A DNA stretch of 56,034 bases from a virus (IMGVR_UViG_3300038379_000522:1-56034); one strand, 5' to 3'. Positions 37,979 to 47,935 are shown, counted from the stretch's first letter. A program made the numbers and translations. Notes: generated by a model from the sequence alone, not told the origin.

Positions 37979-38209
37979 TTAGGACGACCTCCTACTATTT
38001 GAAGATGCCGACATAACAGCCGTCTTTAATTTAACTACTACTGGAGGTATCGTCTTACTGCCTATGACCTGTAGTAACGCTTGCCGATCCGGTTCAAGAC
38101 CCTTCCATCTATCATCATTTTCAGATTGGGCTTCGCGCATAATCTTCTCGAGTATGGCTAACCTAAGACGAAGCTCTGCTACAGAGAGATCGGCAAGCGT
38201 TCTTTCCAT
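37979..38209 (-). CDS. Hypothetical protein
   Basis: 76 aa, tightly packed in the late operon. Confidence 0.6.
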   Translation of the reverse strand: MERTLADLSVAELRLRLAILEKIMREAQSENDDRWKGLEPDRQALLQVIGSKTIPPVVVKLKTAVMSASSNSRRSS

Positions 38210-38214
38210 ATTAG

Positions 38215-38520
38215 TTATTCTGTAGGCGGAGTAGGTGGGAATTGGGCAGCAACACCCTTGAGGATAGCAGCCTTGCCTCGTAGATCACTTACAACAGAGG
38301 CCATCCCATCCATGACTTCCTGCGGCACAGAACCGATTTGGGCCATAAGCTGATTGATATCATCAGCAACATCTGCAATCCCAACACCAATCTCCGTAGT
38401 CTGCTCATTCACCTGATCGAGAAGAATACGGAACTCATCAATGCTCGCCATGATTCTTTCTCCTTGTCTGTGGAGACGCATCACCTCACGGTAAATACGT
38501 CTAAGCCACCAAGTAAACAT
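38215..38520 (-). CDS. Hypothetical coiled-coil protein
   Basis: 101 aa; tightly packed. Confidence 0.65.
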   Translation of the reverse strand: MFTWWLRRIYREVMRLHRQGERIMASIDEFRILLDQVNEQTTEIGVGIADVADDINQLMAQIGSVPQEVMDGMASVVSDLRGKAAILKGVAAQFPPTPPTE

Positions 38521-38718
38521 TTAATGCCTTCCCGTTACAGTCAGTGCATCGATAGATACACCACCGTCCACAATGAAAGCCACAAAAGTTGAACTTATAT
38601 CTACATCTAAGTTAACTTGAGCACCACCACTACCTGTAACGATAGGAGGGGAAAACCTGCACGATAACTTGCTTATCGCCAAGATCATCTCCACCTGCCC
38701 TTAAGCATCTTTGCCGGA

Positions 38719-38994
38719 TTAAGTGGCAATGCCAAAACTAGGGATAAAAATACAATTGGGATACGGAATAAAAATACAATTGAGATCCGGAATAAAAACA
38801 CAATTGAGATCCATGCCCATGAACGCTCCAGTCACGGCAAGATCACTAACTGTATCAGAATACCCAGCCGGCAACGGTATACCCGCTGCATTTGCGGCAG
38901 TGATAACCTCTGCGATTTTAACAGCATCACTTCCTCCATCATCAGAATTAATGATGCAGTGAGTAATACCATCAATAAACGTCTCTGCCATCAC
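38719..38994 (-). CDS. Hypothetical protein ending in a tandem repeat; possibly the 5' part of a broken gene
   Basis: C-terminus LNCVFIPD-LNCIFIPY-PNCIFIPS; coding-like remnant at 38521-38700. Confidence 0.45.
   Translation of the reverse strand: MMAETFIDGITHCIINSDDGGSDAVKIAEVITAANAAGIPLPAGYSDTVSDLAVTGAFMGMDLNCVFIPDLNCIFIPYPNCIFIPSFGIAT
38741..38812. repeat. 3 x 24-bp tandem repeat
   Basis: gggataaaaatacaattgggatac / ggaataaaaatacaattgagatcc / ggaataaaaacacaattgagatcc. Confidence 0.9.
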
Positions 38995-38999
38995 TTGCC

Positions 39000-39635
39000 T
39001 TAGCCATCCTTTTTACGCCTAAATTCAGGCGCAACATTGTCAATGTGCTGCCGGCTAAGGCCAGTAACTCCAGAAACGGCTTCAATAGCATCGATTCTAG
39101 GCCGGCCATCATTGGTCCAATGTTCATTGTTCTTGTTGTCTAATGCTTCTAGCGCCTTGAGAATACGACCCCGCTCCGACGGGAAGTCCCCGTCATGCCC
39201 GGAGTCCGACTGTCCACCCCTACTGGAAACACGTTCGGTTCCCCCGGCTTGATGGTCATTTGTTCTGCCGCCATCCGCTGTGGGAATTTTTGTAGATTCT
39301 CCCCCGCTCGACTGAACACTGCTTGAAACTTGCTGTCCCTGCCGCCCGATCCCGACAGTAGAATGAATTTCACTTGAGCCATTTAACTTATCCTTAGGTT
39401 CATTAAGAACCTTTGCTACACCGTTAGTGATCTCAAGCAACAAATTACAAGCATCTGCTTCTTTTGCACGTTCAAGCTCTAAACTGCCAACAGGATAGGC
39501 TTTATACACACGACCAAAGTATCTAACAGCGCCAGCGCCCTTAACTACTGTGATACCATTCACGAACTGATGCTTACCCGCAACAAATGTGTGACCAGTC
39601 TTTGCACCTGTTGCTACAAGTACTACACCATCCAT
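39000..39635 (-). CDS. Conserved hypothetical protein downstream of the capsid gene
   Basis: C-terminal LDNKNNEHWTNDGRP domain after a low-complexity linker. Confidence 0.75.
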   Translation of the reverse strand: MDGVVLVATGAKTGHTFVAGKHQFVNGITVVKGAGAVRYFGRVYKAYPVGSLELERAKEADACNLLLEITNGVAKVLNEPKDKLNGSSEIHSTVGIGRQGQQVSSSVQSSGGESTKIPTADGGRTNDHQAGGTERVSSRGGQSDSGHDGDFPSERGRILKALEALDNKNNEHWTNDGRPRIDAIEAVSGVTGLSRQHIDNVAPEFRRKKDG

Positions 39636-39678
39636 ACTGTGCTTTTTCCTATCTGTTAGTACAACTAACTTACATCAA

Positions 39679-40638
39679 TTATGGAATGATGCCAGGGGCA
39701 GCAGCAAGGCCCTTTTCACTAAACAGCGCAGACCCAGCGTACCACTTGACACGCCAAATGTGGTCATCAGCGCCTTCCTTCTCCCCAACATCAACAACCA
39801 TGATACCGGCCGCTTGCTCTGCCGTAAGACCAGCCACACCATTAGACCGAGATCCATCATCAAACGTACCCGCAAACACAGTAGATGCATTGCTTGCAGA
39901 ACCTTGGACCTGATCAATAGGAATGTAGTCATTACGAAAAACAGGAACACCAGAATAGGCCATGATTTCCTGCCCACCAGGAAGCTCAACAACTTCCATA
40001 ATGGCCGCACCACCCAAAGCGCGAAGAAGAGCCCTATATGCACGACGTTCACGAGCGTGCATAGCAAGATAATCCACTTCACCATCCTTCACAGTAACGA
40101 GATCCATGATCTCATCAAGGATAGCCAAAGTCAAAGCTTGACCATTCGTTGCAGATGTGCGCGTTTGACCAGCCGCGACCAGATTAATCAAACCGTCAAA
40201 CTGGTCACCTGCGCCAGTACCATTAATGAACATCCACTGCCAAAGCCGCCCAGCGTGCTTGGCCTTAGATGCAATCTGTACGGCGGTTTGATCATTGCCG
40301 TCTCCAGAACGCGTAGCCTGGATCAGGCCGTTTACCTCAGCATCACCTACGATCGTAGTTAGACCGCTGTATACTTCAGTAAACGTAGCGGGGTCTTTGG
40401 GAGCGGCAGTCTCACCAGGCATTGGGTTAAGGTCAGAAGAACCGATGACGGTACCAACACCAGTAACACCAACACCACCTAGTGCATTTTCCCTATTGTA
40501 CTTAAGACTATTACCTTCAATGCCATCAAAAGGAATCTGCAAGAACATCTGATTAACAGTAATGATGTTCTCGATAACGCCGGCCACCAGCTCATCTTGA
40601 GCCAGCTTGGCACTTTCTACAAGTGTTACAGAGGCCAA
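39679..40638 (-). CDS. Major capsid protein
   Basis: ASVTLVESAKLAQDELVAGVIE, FDGL, RVKWY; GGAGGG RBS with TTG start; follows the scaffold gene. Confidence 0.9.
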   Translation of the reverse strand: MASVTLVESAKLAQDELVAGVIENIITVNQMFLQIPFDGIEGNSLKYNRENALGGVGVTGVGTVIGSSDLNPMPGETAAPKDPATFTEVYSGLTTIVGDAEVNGLIQATRSGDGNDQTAVQIASKAKHAGRLWQWMFINGTGAGDQFDGLINLVAAGQTRTSATNGQALTLAILDEIMDLVTVKDGEVDYLAMHARERRAYRALLRALGGAAIMEVVELPGGQEIMAYSGVPVFRNDYIPIDQVQGSASNASTVFAGTFDDGSRSNGVAGLTAEQAAGIMVVDVGEKEGADDHIWRVKWYAGSALFSEKGLAAAPGIIP

Positions 40639-40777
40639 TTTTTAACCCCTCCTAGGGTATTTGATCATTGGCAGAGTACCAAAAGCTACTGGATTCACTC
40701 AACAGCGCCTTTGCCCCTCCTCGGATCACCCTAGGCGGGAAAACTAAAGACCAGTAAACCACTAGTGAAAGTACGTG

Positions 40778-41566
40778 TCAACCCCTCCTTCCACGAAGGC
40801 CAGCCGAAATTTTATCTACAGATGACTTATCTCCATCACTATTAGACGGAAATGAACGACCACCATGAGGTTTTCCACCACCAGCAGGAGCCTCCGACTT
40901 AAACAAAGGCATATACTTCTTTGATTTCTTCATATCCAGCACAAGCTCAGAGATAGTCATGTGATTTCCAGTACCACTAAATCTAGGATCTCCTACAGCA
41001 TCAACCACATTAACTTTGAATTTCCCGTTCTCCTCAGTGACCTTTACTTGATTCCTGATATGTGGTAAAGCTAGATCGACATCAATAGCACCAGCTTCTG
41101 ACAAAGCAGAAATAGCTGCACTAGTAACCAAAGTTTCTTCAAGCTGCGTCATGAGTGCATTAATACGTGCTTCACGCTTTTCCAAATCTGAAGTATGTTT
41201 TGTAGAAAGAGCCTCAGTTGCCTTACGCACAGCAACTTCAACATCATCTGTACCCTTTGATTTGCTAGTCTTCCTGGCCTCTTCAAGTTGAGCATTGAAA
41301 GCACTCAAGATGCTATTGGGATCGGCGCCGAAATCTTTAAGCGGCGTAAGGTCAATGATCTTACCCTTGGCATCCCTGGCCTCTGCCCTAGCAGCATTTA
41401 GCGCACGATTAAGCCCAGACACAGCTTTAACAGCCGATCCTACCACAGGGTCATCGGTCTTTAGTACATACTTCCCATCTTTCTCAACATACAAACCATG
41501 AAAGTCATCTGGGACCACCCCAGACAAAGAATCCACGGTAAGATTTTTATTAAAATCAAAATCCAT
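40778..41566 (-). CDS. Capsid scaffolding protein
   Basis: Coiled coil; PLFKSE..GGG; DKISAGL; synteny. Confidence 0.8.
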   Translation of the reverse strand: MDFDFNKNLTVDSLSGVVPDDFHGLYVEKDGKYVLKTDDPVVGSAVKAVSGLNRALNAARAEARDAKGKIIDLTPLKDFGADPNSILSAFNAQLEEARKTSKSKGTDDVEVAVRKATEALSTKHTSDLEKREARINALMTQLEETLVTSAAISALSEAGAIDVDLALPHIRNQVKVTEENGKFKVNVVDAVGDPRFSGTGNHMTISELVLDMKKSKKYMPLFKSEAPAGGGKPHGGRSFPSNSDGDKSSVDKISAGLRGRRG

Positions 41567-41595
41567 GGCTTCACGCTCCTTGTGTTGCTACTGAT

Positions 41596-41796
41596 TCACT
41601 CAGCTTTTACTTCCTCGAACTTAATGCCATTATCACCCGGCACATTCTCTCTATGGTCAACGGTACCATCAAGAATGTCTCTAGGTATACCATCAAGATA
41701 GGCTTTACAACCCCATTCATATAGCTTATGCTTACACCTAGAACATATACCTATAGTTTTTACATCTCCTTTCTGCCACGCAAAGCGCTTTCTCAT
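41596..41796 (-). CDS. Small Cys/His protein directly after MuF-ART (candidate immunity or partner)
   Basis: CSRCKH...CKAYLDGIP...DH; ATGA coupling. Confidence 0.7.
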   Translation of the reverse strand: MRKRFAWQKGDVKTIGICSRCKHKLYEWGCKAYLDGIPRDILDGTVDHRENVPGDNGIKFEEVKAE

Positions 41797-43667
41797 ATAA
41801 GTTCCACCTCTAACGTGTAAACATCAACATCGATCGTTACATCTTGCGTGAAATCTTTTACAGCTCGAGTGCCTGATTTGAAAACGCCCGTAATACGGAA
41901 GCTACGACCTCTATTTAAAAGTATCTCAGCTTCATCACCATACGCAGGCATAACAATAGCTCTCGTACCTTCAGGCACTCTGATACGGAAATTATATATA
42001 GCACCGGCTTCCGACACCTGATTTATACCGAAGTTCCAAACACCCTTGCCCATAGATGTAGATACGAAAGCTTTATCATTAAAGGCCAGCCCTGCTTTGG
42101 GTATGACATCTCCAAAAATCTCTTTAGCTGTACCACCATCTAAAAACGCTGTTCTATACACATATATATCTCTTTCCAAAGCGGCAGAATTATCAAACGC
42201 AGCATCTATATCATCTATAAAGCCCTTGTGTTTAGATAAAGTGCCACCGCCCCTAAGCTGTGCATTAATTATTTCGAACTGCTGGCCCTGATAACTCTTT
42301 AACGTATTGTGCTGCTCTTTAGTTATATTAGGACTGTTACGCTTCCAAACATCATACTGCACAGCATGTTTATCATTAAGTTTATCACCTTTAAGATTCC
42401 CGTAGTCAATAGGCGGGTCTTCGGTATGTTTAACGCGCGGTTTTGCTCTGGTTTTTAGTGCTTTTGGCTCTATAACAAGCGAACTGTGCCTTTGCTTTAA
42501 TTGCTTTAGCGTAAGTTCCTGCCCTTGCCTGTCTACGAAGGTATCTAACTTTGCGCCTTTCCTGAATAATTCAGCCTTCCCTTTCCCGAGTACGTTATCC
42601 TGAAATGCGATAGGCTGACGTCTTAACCATTCATCATAGTTAACGGTGGCCGGCACCGATCCTATATTATCTCTAGCCCATTGCCGCTTGAGGTCACTAA
42701 CTAACTCTTGTCTTTCACGCGGGCTTAACTCTTTCCACTTATTTCCAGCTTTTTCTTTAGCTTCTGTTCTAAAATCTAGCTCTCTCATACGACGAGTTCT
42801 AGTATCACGGACAAACGGCCTATCAGGAATAATATTTGCTATCCCATCAGCATCTAAAACTAAAGTTCGGTTTGATCTACAACCAGTGTGGGCAGGTGGT
42901 CTTGCAGTAGGTGGATGTAACTTTGGCGTTAATGTCAGAGGCTTATCACCAACGGGGGCAAAATGGCCATCTCTTGCTCTACAAATTGCAGATGTCCTAC
43001 CATCTAATGTAGAATTCCATCGATAAGCTTGCGCTATATCAAGGTTCTCATTAAAAAATAAATCTCTCGAGGCATCTGATACGTGATTTGTTGCTGTACG
43101 CACGATAGCTTCAGCATTTATGCGAGCCATGCCTGTGCTCTTTCTTACACGGCGTACTACCTGATCAATCGTCTCATTCTGTGCATTACCAAGTTGTATA
43201 GCATCAAGAATACGAGATTGATCGACCTTTTCAAGTTTACTCCACCAATCAGCTAAAGTATTTGCAGCATTGGCCCCACCAGCAAAAGGCTGTGTTCGCA
43301 CAATGGCCGACAATGCATCCGTGGATACAACTGCATATTCAAGGGACACCGGCATCACAGCATCCATAATGTTCTTTATAAATGTCTGCTCTGCCTTGGC
43401 TAAATCTATAAAATCATCACGGGTTCGTGATTTAATACTAGAGAACAATTCTTTTCGAAGAACCTTAATGTCGTCACGAAGTTTCTTCATGCGCTCAGTT
43501 GTAAACGTTTCGCCTCTAGGCAAACGCTCTCTAAGCATAGCCTCAAGTTCTTTATCGGACTTTTCCAGCAGACTCAATATAGCCTGAAACTCACCGCCAC
43601 CAAGCCTTCTTAAACCAATTTGATGACGAGTTAAGGCATCAAAAAGATTTTCATTAGCCGTCGCCAT
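41793..43667 (-). CDS. MuF (SPP1 gp7-like) head morphogenesis protein fused to a VIP2-like ADP-ribosyltransferase
   Basis: IVRTATNH, STLDGRTSAICRARDG, PPAHTGCRS; C-terminal INAQLR, VYR, FVSTS, EAEILL. Confidence 0.88.
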   Translation of the reverse strand: MATANENLFDALTRHQIGLRRLGGGEFQAILSLLEKSDKELEAMLRERLPRGETFTTERMKKLRDDIKVLRKELFSSIKSRTRDDFIDLAKAEQTFIKNIMDAVMPVSLEYAVVSTDALSAIVRTQPFAGGANAANTLADWWSKLEKVDQSRILDAIQLGNAQNETIDQVVRRVRKSTGMARINAEAIVRTATNHVSDASRDLFFNENLDIAQAYRWNSTLDGRTSAICRARDGHFAPVGDKPLTLTPKLHPPTARPPAHTGCRSNRTLVLDADGIANIIPDRPFVRDTRTRRMRELDFRTEAKEKAGNKWKELSPRERQELVSDLKRQWARDNIGSVPATVNYDEWLRRQPIAFQDNVLGKGKAELFRKGAKLDTFVDRQGQELTLKQLKQRHSSLVIEPKALKTRAKPRVKHTEDPPIDYGNLKGDKLNDKHAVQYDVWKRNSPNITKEQHNTLKSYQGQQFEIINAQLRGGGTLSKHKGFIDDIDAAFDNSAALERDIYVYRTAFLDGGTAKEIFGDVIPKAGLAFNDKAFVSTSMGKGVWNFGINQVSEAGAIYNFRIRVPEGTRAIVMPAYGDEAEILLNRGRSFRITGVFKSGTRAVKDFTQDVTIDVDVYTLEVELI

Positions 43668-43852
43668 CAGCCCCTCTTACGTTCCATGATAGCAATCAAA
43701 ACTCGCTCAACAAGCCTAATAACAACAACTAACAAAAGACTCAACCCAACAAACCAAGGTCTAATCTTAGCTGCCTGAGCCATAAAAACATTAAAAAACT
43801 CAGCCCAACCAAGAGACGGAAGATGGGGGGACTGTGACCTAATGCCCGACAT
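43667..43852 (-). CDS. Small membrane protein
   Basis: 61 aa with a TM segment; start and stop overlap the portal and MuF genes. Confidence 0.5.
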   Translation of the reverse strand: MSGIRSQSPHLPSLGWAEFFNVFMAQAAKIRPWFVGLSLLLVVVIRLVERVLIAIMERKRG

Positions 43853-45327
43853 TACCGCCTGTCCGTCTCTATTTCATTATCCAGATCAGGTGGCTCACCA
43901 AACAAATTCATAGCTTCTTCTTCAATAATGGCTGCATCTCTATCAGCATTAAAATCTTCCGACAAAATACCACGACGCTTGTACTCTCCAATAAGAGCCT
44001 CTCTACTAATATCACGCATCATACGTGCGGACTTAAGGGCATCAATATCAGCGGAGTTCGTTTCGTTAAAACTGTAGTTCGTATTGATAGTTACCTTGGC
44101 TTCACCTAGCTCTACATTCATCCACTTAGCAGTAATAACCAAACACTGCTCAAGTGCATCAGTGAACCGTTGTACATTATCCTGCAATGGACTAATGGCC
44201 TCCGCAGAGTTTAAAGCTCTAGCCGTTGCAGTCTGTGCACCAGGTTGTTTCTTCAGAAATTGTGCACCATATTCTGACATCTCATCCTTAAGAGACTCTA
44301 GATCCTTGCGTCCAGCCTCAATAGCAGCACCCGTGTGTTCAACATAATAAAACTTGCTTTGTGAGTCTGGCGACCAAAGCCACTTATTAGGACCAATAAC
44401 AAGCTTACCTTCGTCAGATCCACCACTAAGGGCAAGGATAGGAAAACGTGCGGTAGTTAGGATAGCCCTTTGTTCAGATGTAGATTGCCAATGTGCAATG
44501 TTCAAATTGGCAAGATCTTCTAGAGGAGACTCAGCCAGCATAAACCCGCACCGTCTACTATAAAATGTAACAAGTGGAATAATATCTAAATCATATGGGT
44601 AGCTATCAACCATCTTCCAAATGGGCTTACCGTGCGTATTCTTTTTCTTAAAACGCCTATATAACTCAACCCAACCACGGTTAACACCATTTTCATTTCT
44701 CAGGTATACACGCCGGATTTGCGGCTCAGATGTCTCTACCATTCCATTACGACCAGTAACCTCCTCCATAATACGGATTTCCCTAAGAATCTCACGGCCA
44801 CCAACGACCTCCGCATCAGCAAAGAAAAGTTGTTCTGGTTCTATCTGCACCCAATAGGGGCGCAGACCATCCGCACTATCATCAAGCAGTGATCTATTTT
44901 CTGCGGACACTACTCTGGGGTAATCAATAAATGTGTGACTTAACCCTTTGGATAAGCCACTAGAAAACCATTCTCTAGAAAAAACGTCAACATCATTCCC
45001 TTGCAGATCGACATCAGGCAAGACATTATCTTCGATCTCCTTCGGGACATCTTCAAATACAAGTGGCTTAGAGAACGGACGGCCTACCCAACCTTCTAAG
45101 GTAAGCTTAGTCATATTAAGCAAAGTTGCCTGATTTAATCTCTCCTGATAAGCACCCTCAGATTCTTCAACGTGCTGTGGTAGGTACACTTTACCAGCTG
45201 CCCGCATAGCTCTTGTTCCACCCAGCACCGTTGCCATCTTTCTCCAGTTAGGCAACATATAGTCATAGGCGGCACTTGTAGTTGAAGGATCTTTAGGGTC
45301 CTTTTCAGCAGGCATGCTATACCTCAC
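43852..45327 (-). CDS. Portal protein (DUF4055-like)
   Basis: GGTRAMRAAGKVYLP, LEDLANLNIAHWQS, TATA; synteny. Confidence 0.9.
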   Translation of the reverse strand: MRYSMPAEKDPKDPSTTSAAYDYMLPNWRKMATVLGGTRAMRAAGKVYLPQHVEESEGAYQERLNQATLLNMTKLTLEGWVGRPFSKPLVFEDVPKEIEDNVLPDVDLQGNDVDVFSREWFSSGLSKGLSHTFIDYPRVVSAENRSLLDDSADGLRPYWVQIEPEQLFFADAEVVGGREILREIRIMEEVTGRNGMVETSEPQIRRVYLRNENGVNRGWVELYRRFKKKNTHGKPIWKMVDSYPYDLDIIPLVTFYSRRCGFMLAESPLEDLANLNIAHWQSTSEQRAILTTARFPILALSGGSDEGKLVIGPNKWLWSPDSQSKFYYVEHTGAAIEAGRKDLESLKDEMSEYGAQFLKKQPGAQTATARALNSAEAISPLQDNVQRFTDALEQCLVITAKWMNVELGEAKVTINTNYSFNETNSADIDALKSARMMRDISREALIGEYKRRGILSEDFNADRDAAIIEEEAMNLFGEPPDLDNEIETDRR

Positions 45328-45781
45328 TTATCTCCCAGCGACTAAAATCAAAGTTAGATGCTTTATTTGCAATGTCCAACATATCTAATAGCTTATCTTG
45401 TTCATAATACAATAAAGCGTCTCTGTACATAAGTTCTGATTTAAAGTTATTTCCATCCAGGAGTACAGCCGTTCGTTTTCCAATCCCTTGTGCATAGCCA
45501 AGTTCCCAATGCGCAGAGGCTCCAGCAGGTTGTACAAGTATTGTGATATCAGCTTCTCTAATAAGGCTAACCGTCCTTACATATGATATATACGCTGCAC
45601 CATTCATGTCTCTCATACGAACGATCCAATCGGCCGGCCCATCAAGATTCCCAAAAACCTCCTCATCTGTAACACCAGAGCCTTTAAAATCCAAAGCTTT
45701 AATCCCCAGTGCACGAAGTGCCTCGAGTAGCTCAGTATGCTTCGGATTAGACCAGCGTGTAGCCAAATAAACTGAAATCAC
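45317..45781 (-). CDS. Nucleoside 2-deoxyribosyltransferase / dNMP N-glycosidase family protein
   Basis: VYLA N-terminal strand; ADITILVQPAGASAHWELGYAQGIGK signature. Confidence 0.8.
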   Translation of the reverse strand: MISVYLATRWSNPKHTELLEALRALGIKALDFKGSGVTDEEVFGNLDGPADWIVRMRDMNGAAYISYVRTVSLIREADITILVQPAGASAHWELGYAQGIGKRTAVLLDGNNFKSELMYRDALLYYEQDKLLDMLDIANKASNFDFSRWEISEV

Positions 45782-47295
45782 TTCATGTCTCCCATGTGTA
45801 CGGTCTTGCGCTGGTGCCTAACTCTATATCGAGTCTCATCTGCTAGATGATCTTCAAACTCAGTGTCTACGTCATCAAGATTCCTATGATCACGAGGCAA
45901 AACAGGGACTGTACGCCTAAAATGATAACAACGTTCGCAAACATACAAACCGGGATATTCTCTTGGAAACGAGGCGGAATTTTTTAATCTTGCACGTAGC
46001 AGCTGCCAGCCTTGTATACGAGATCCAGGTGATTTATCACATGCCTCCCACCTGAGGCTACGGCCTCTAGCGTTTCCAACCTTAATCATCTCATCTGCAA
46101 CACTAGATTCGCCTGTAGAAGACCGATCAAAAATACTTGCATCAGCCGAGCCTACACGAACTCTGTGTGCGATCCCATAATCATCCTCTCTATCGAGTAT
46201 ACCACGGCCTATTTCCCTAGACAACATGTTACAACCCTCATTCGGCTTGCCATTCCACCCATACCACTCGGCTATCCTAAACAGATCACCCTTAACAACA
46301 CCATAATTTCGACCCTCAAATCGGAATGGTTCACCATTGCTCTCAGCCCACCAACCAACAGAAAACGGCTTTGACTGACCATGATCATAACTTCTATCTA
46401 TACGCCATGCCTTAGGTATTATATTAAATGGGAAAGACGGCACCACATGAATGCTATCTCGCCATATGTCATCCAACATACCGCCAGCAACAATGTTCCA
46501 GTCACCATACAACCAGGCTTTTAGCTCTTGTTCATTACGAGCAGCTGCACGAATTTTTGCCTTGTAATCAGGTTCAGCATCAAGCAGTATTTTATTTTCG
46601 TCCAGCATACCATGGATAGCAACACGATCAGGTTCTTTAGAGCCGTCCGGTAGATACTGACCAATAATAATAGGGCCAATGATTTGACCACGACCAACAG
46701 GCAATCCAAAATAAGACTTCACTGCATTGTGCCCGACGCCATACGGATTTGTTGTAGCTCTGTACCTGCGCGGAACATCCTTATTCGAAGATCGCCAACA
46801 CGACTTCATACGATGATAGCCATGGAGATTGGGCCACGTAGTTAACTCTTCCCATGCGATCCAAGGAAACTCAAAACCATGATATTTCCAATAATCATCT
46901 TCACTATCAAAATAACCAAAGTACAGCTGTTCTCCTCCTGGAAACGTCCAGAAGTGACCACTTTGGTTATAGTTTGCATTAGGGAAGATTAACTTAAACC
47001 AGCGAAGACTCTTACTGATTAAATCACGAAGTTCTGGGAAGGTTCTTCTGAAGATGATACCGCGCCAAGCAGCACCCCATCCTACTCCAACATCTTGGGC
47101 AAAATCCATAAGGAGAGCGTCTGTTTTGCCAGGACCACGTGTTCCCTCGTACAGAGCTTCATCTACGGGGCAGGATAAGAATGCAAGTTGGCTACCTGGT
47201 TGTGGTGCCCATACCGCCTCTTTCTCCCTTGAACCATCCTTGATATATGGCTTTATGCCCTTGTTGGTTTTCCGCCAAAGTACCTCAAGAGGCAT
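45778..47295 (-). CDS. terL: Terminase large subunit
   Basis: YEGTRGPGKT, WEELT, ATTNPYG, DHG, EDHLADETRY. Confidence 0.93.
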   Translation of the reverse strand: MPLEVLWRKTNKGIKPYIKDGSREKEAVWAPQPGSQLAFLSCPVDEALYEGTRGPGKTDALLMDFAQDVGVGWGAAWRGIIFRRTFPELRDLISKSLRWFKLIFPNANYNQSGHFWTFPGGEQLYFGYFDSEDDYWKYHGFEFPWIAWEELTTWPNLHGYHRMKSCWRSSNKDVPRRYRATTNPYGVGHNAVKSYFGLPVGRGQIIGPIIIGQYLPDGSKEPDRVAIHGMLDENKILLDAEPDYKAKIRAAARNEQELKAWLYGDWNIVAGGMLDDIWRDSIHVVPSFPFNIIPKAWRIDRSYDHGQSKPFSVGWWAESNGEPFRFEGRNYGVVKGDLFRIAEWYGWNGKPNEGCNMLSREIGRGILDREDDYGIAHRVRVGSADASIFDRSSTGESSVADEMIKVGNARGRSLRWEACDKSPGSRIQGWQLLRARLKNSASFPREYPGLYVCERCYHFRRTVPVLPRDHRNLDDVDTEFEDHLADETRYRVRHQRKTVHMGDMK

Positions 47296-47394
47296 TATAC
47301 CCGCTTAATACCTCCTTATACCTACTAATATCTAGCAAATCCTGCTTAATATCCACTCAATGCCTTCTAATACCTAGCAAAATCCAAAATATCC
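47296..47394 (-). repeat. About 10-bp phased GG(T/A)ATT array, copy B, upstream of terL
   Basis: About ten degenerate units, e.g. ggtattagaa-ggcattgagt-ggatattaagca-ggatttgcta-gatattagta-ggtataagga-ggtattaagc. Confidence 0.7.
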
Positions 47395-47399
47395 GAATG

Positions 47400-47534
47400 T
47401 TAATCGTCTATGTCGCAATCACAATAATCCCATGGTACCCCACAGTCTAAACAAACATCATCATCATCAGCAGCTTCATCATCAACAACTTCATCATCAA
47501 CAGCTTCATCATCATCTTCATCGACACGACACAT
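47400..47534 (-). CDS. 44-aa highly acidic micro-protein with CxxC...CxC
   Basis: Manual translation MCRVDEDDDEAVDDEVVDDEAADDDDVCLDCGVPWDYCDCDIDD; GGAG upstream. Confidence 0.6.
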   Translation of the reverse strand: MCRVDEDDDEAVDDEVVDDEAADDDDVCLDCGVPWDYCDCDIDD

Positions 47535-47539
47535 GACTT

Positions 47540-47935
47540 TTAGTACTCTCCATTCCCTCTAACTTTAACTAACCCTATGCTATTGATCATTGTATCCGCA
47601 GAATGCCCCATCTCATTGAGTTTTGCTATTAATGTTTCATACGCTCTTTCACCAGCTAATGCAACTCTAGTTGGATCCAAAGACTCTGGCCTCGGCTTCT
47701 TGATCTTTTTACCAGAACTTGTATATTCATCCCACAATTCTTCAGCTAAAGCACCGGCCAGTACACCTATTTCACTTCTCTGATTCCACTGCTTACACTC
47801 AAGAATACCAATCTTCTTGCGTGGCATAACAGCACTGCGTACTTTAACCAAATAATAAAGGCTTTTATCAACACGTTTGTGTAAAGTCAACTCTACAACC
47901 GGAGAATGATAAATAGAGTCCTTTCTTACCGTCAT
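47540..47935 (-). CDS. Hypothetical protein
   Basis: 131 aa; ATGA-coupled to terS. Confidence 0.7.
   Translation of the reverse strand: MTVRKDSIYHSPVVELTLHKRVDKSLYYLVKVRSAVMPRKKIGILECKQWNQRSEIGVLAGALAEELWDEYTSSGKKIKKPRPESLDPTRVALAGERAYETLIAKLNEMGHSADTMINSIGLVKVRGNGEY

Noticed and set aside
38741-38812. Mini CRISPR array
   Set aside because: The repeats are directly adjacent with no spacers, and there are no cas genes.
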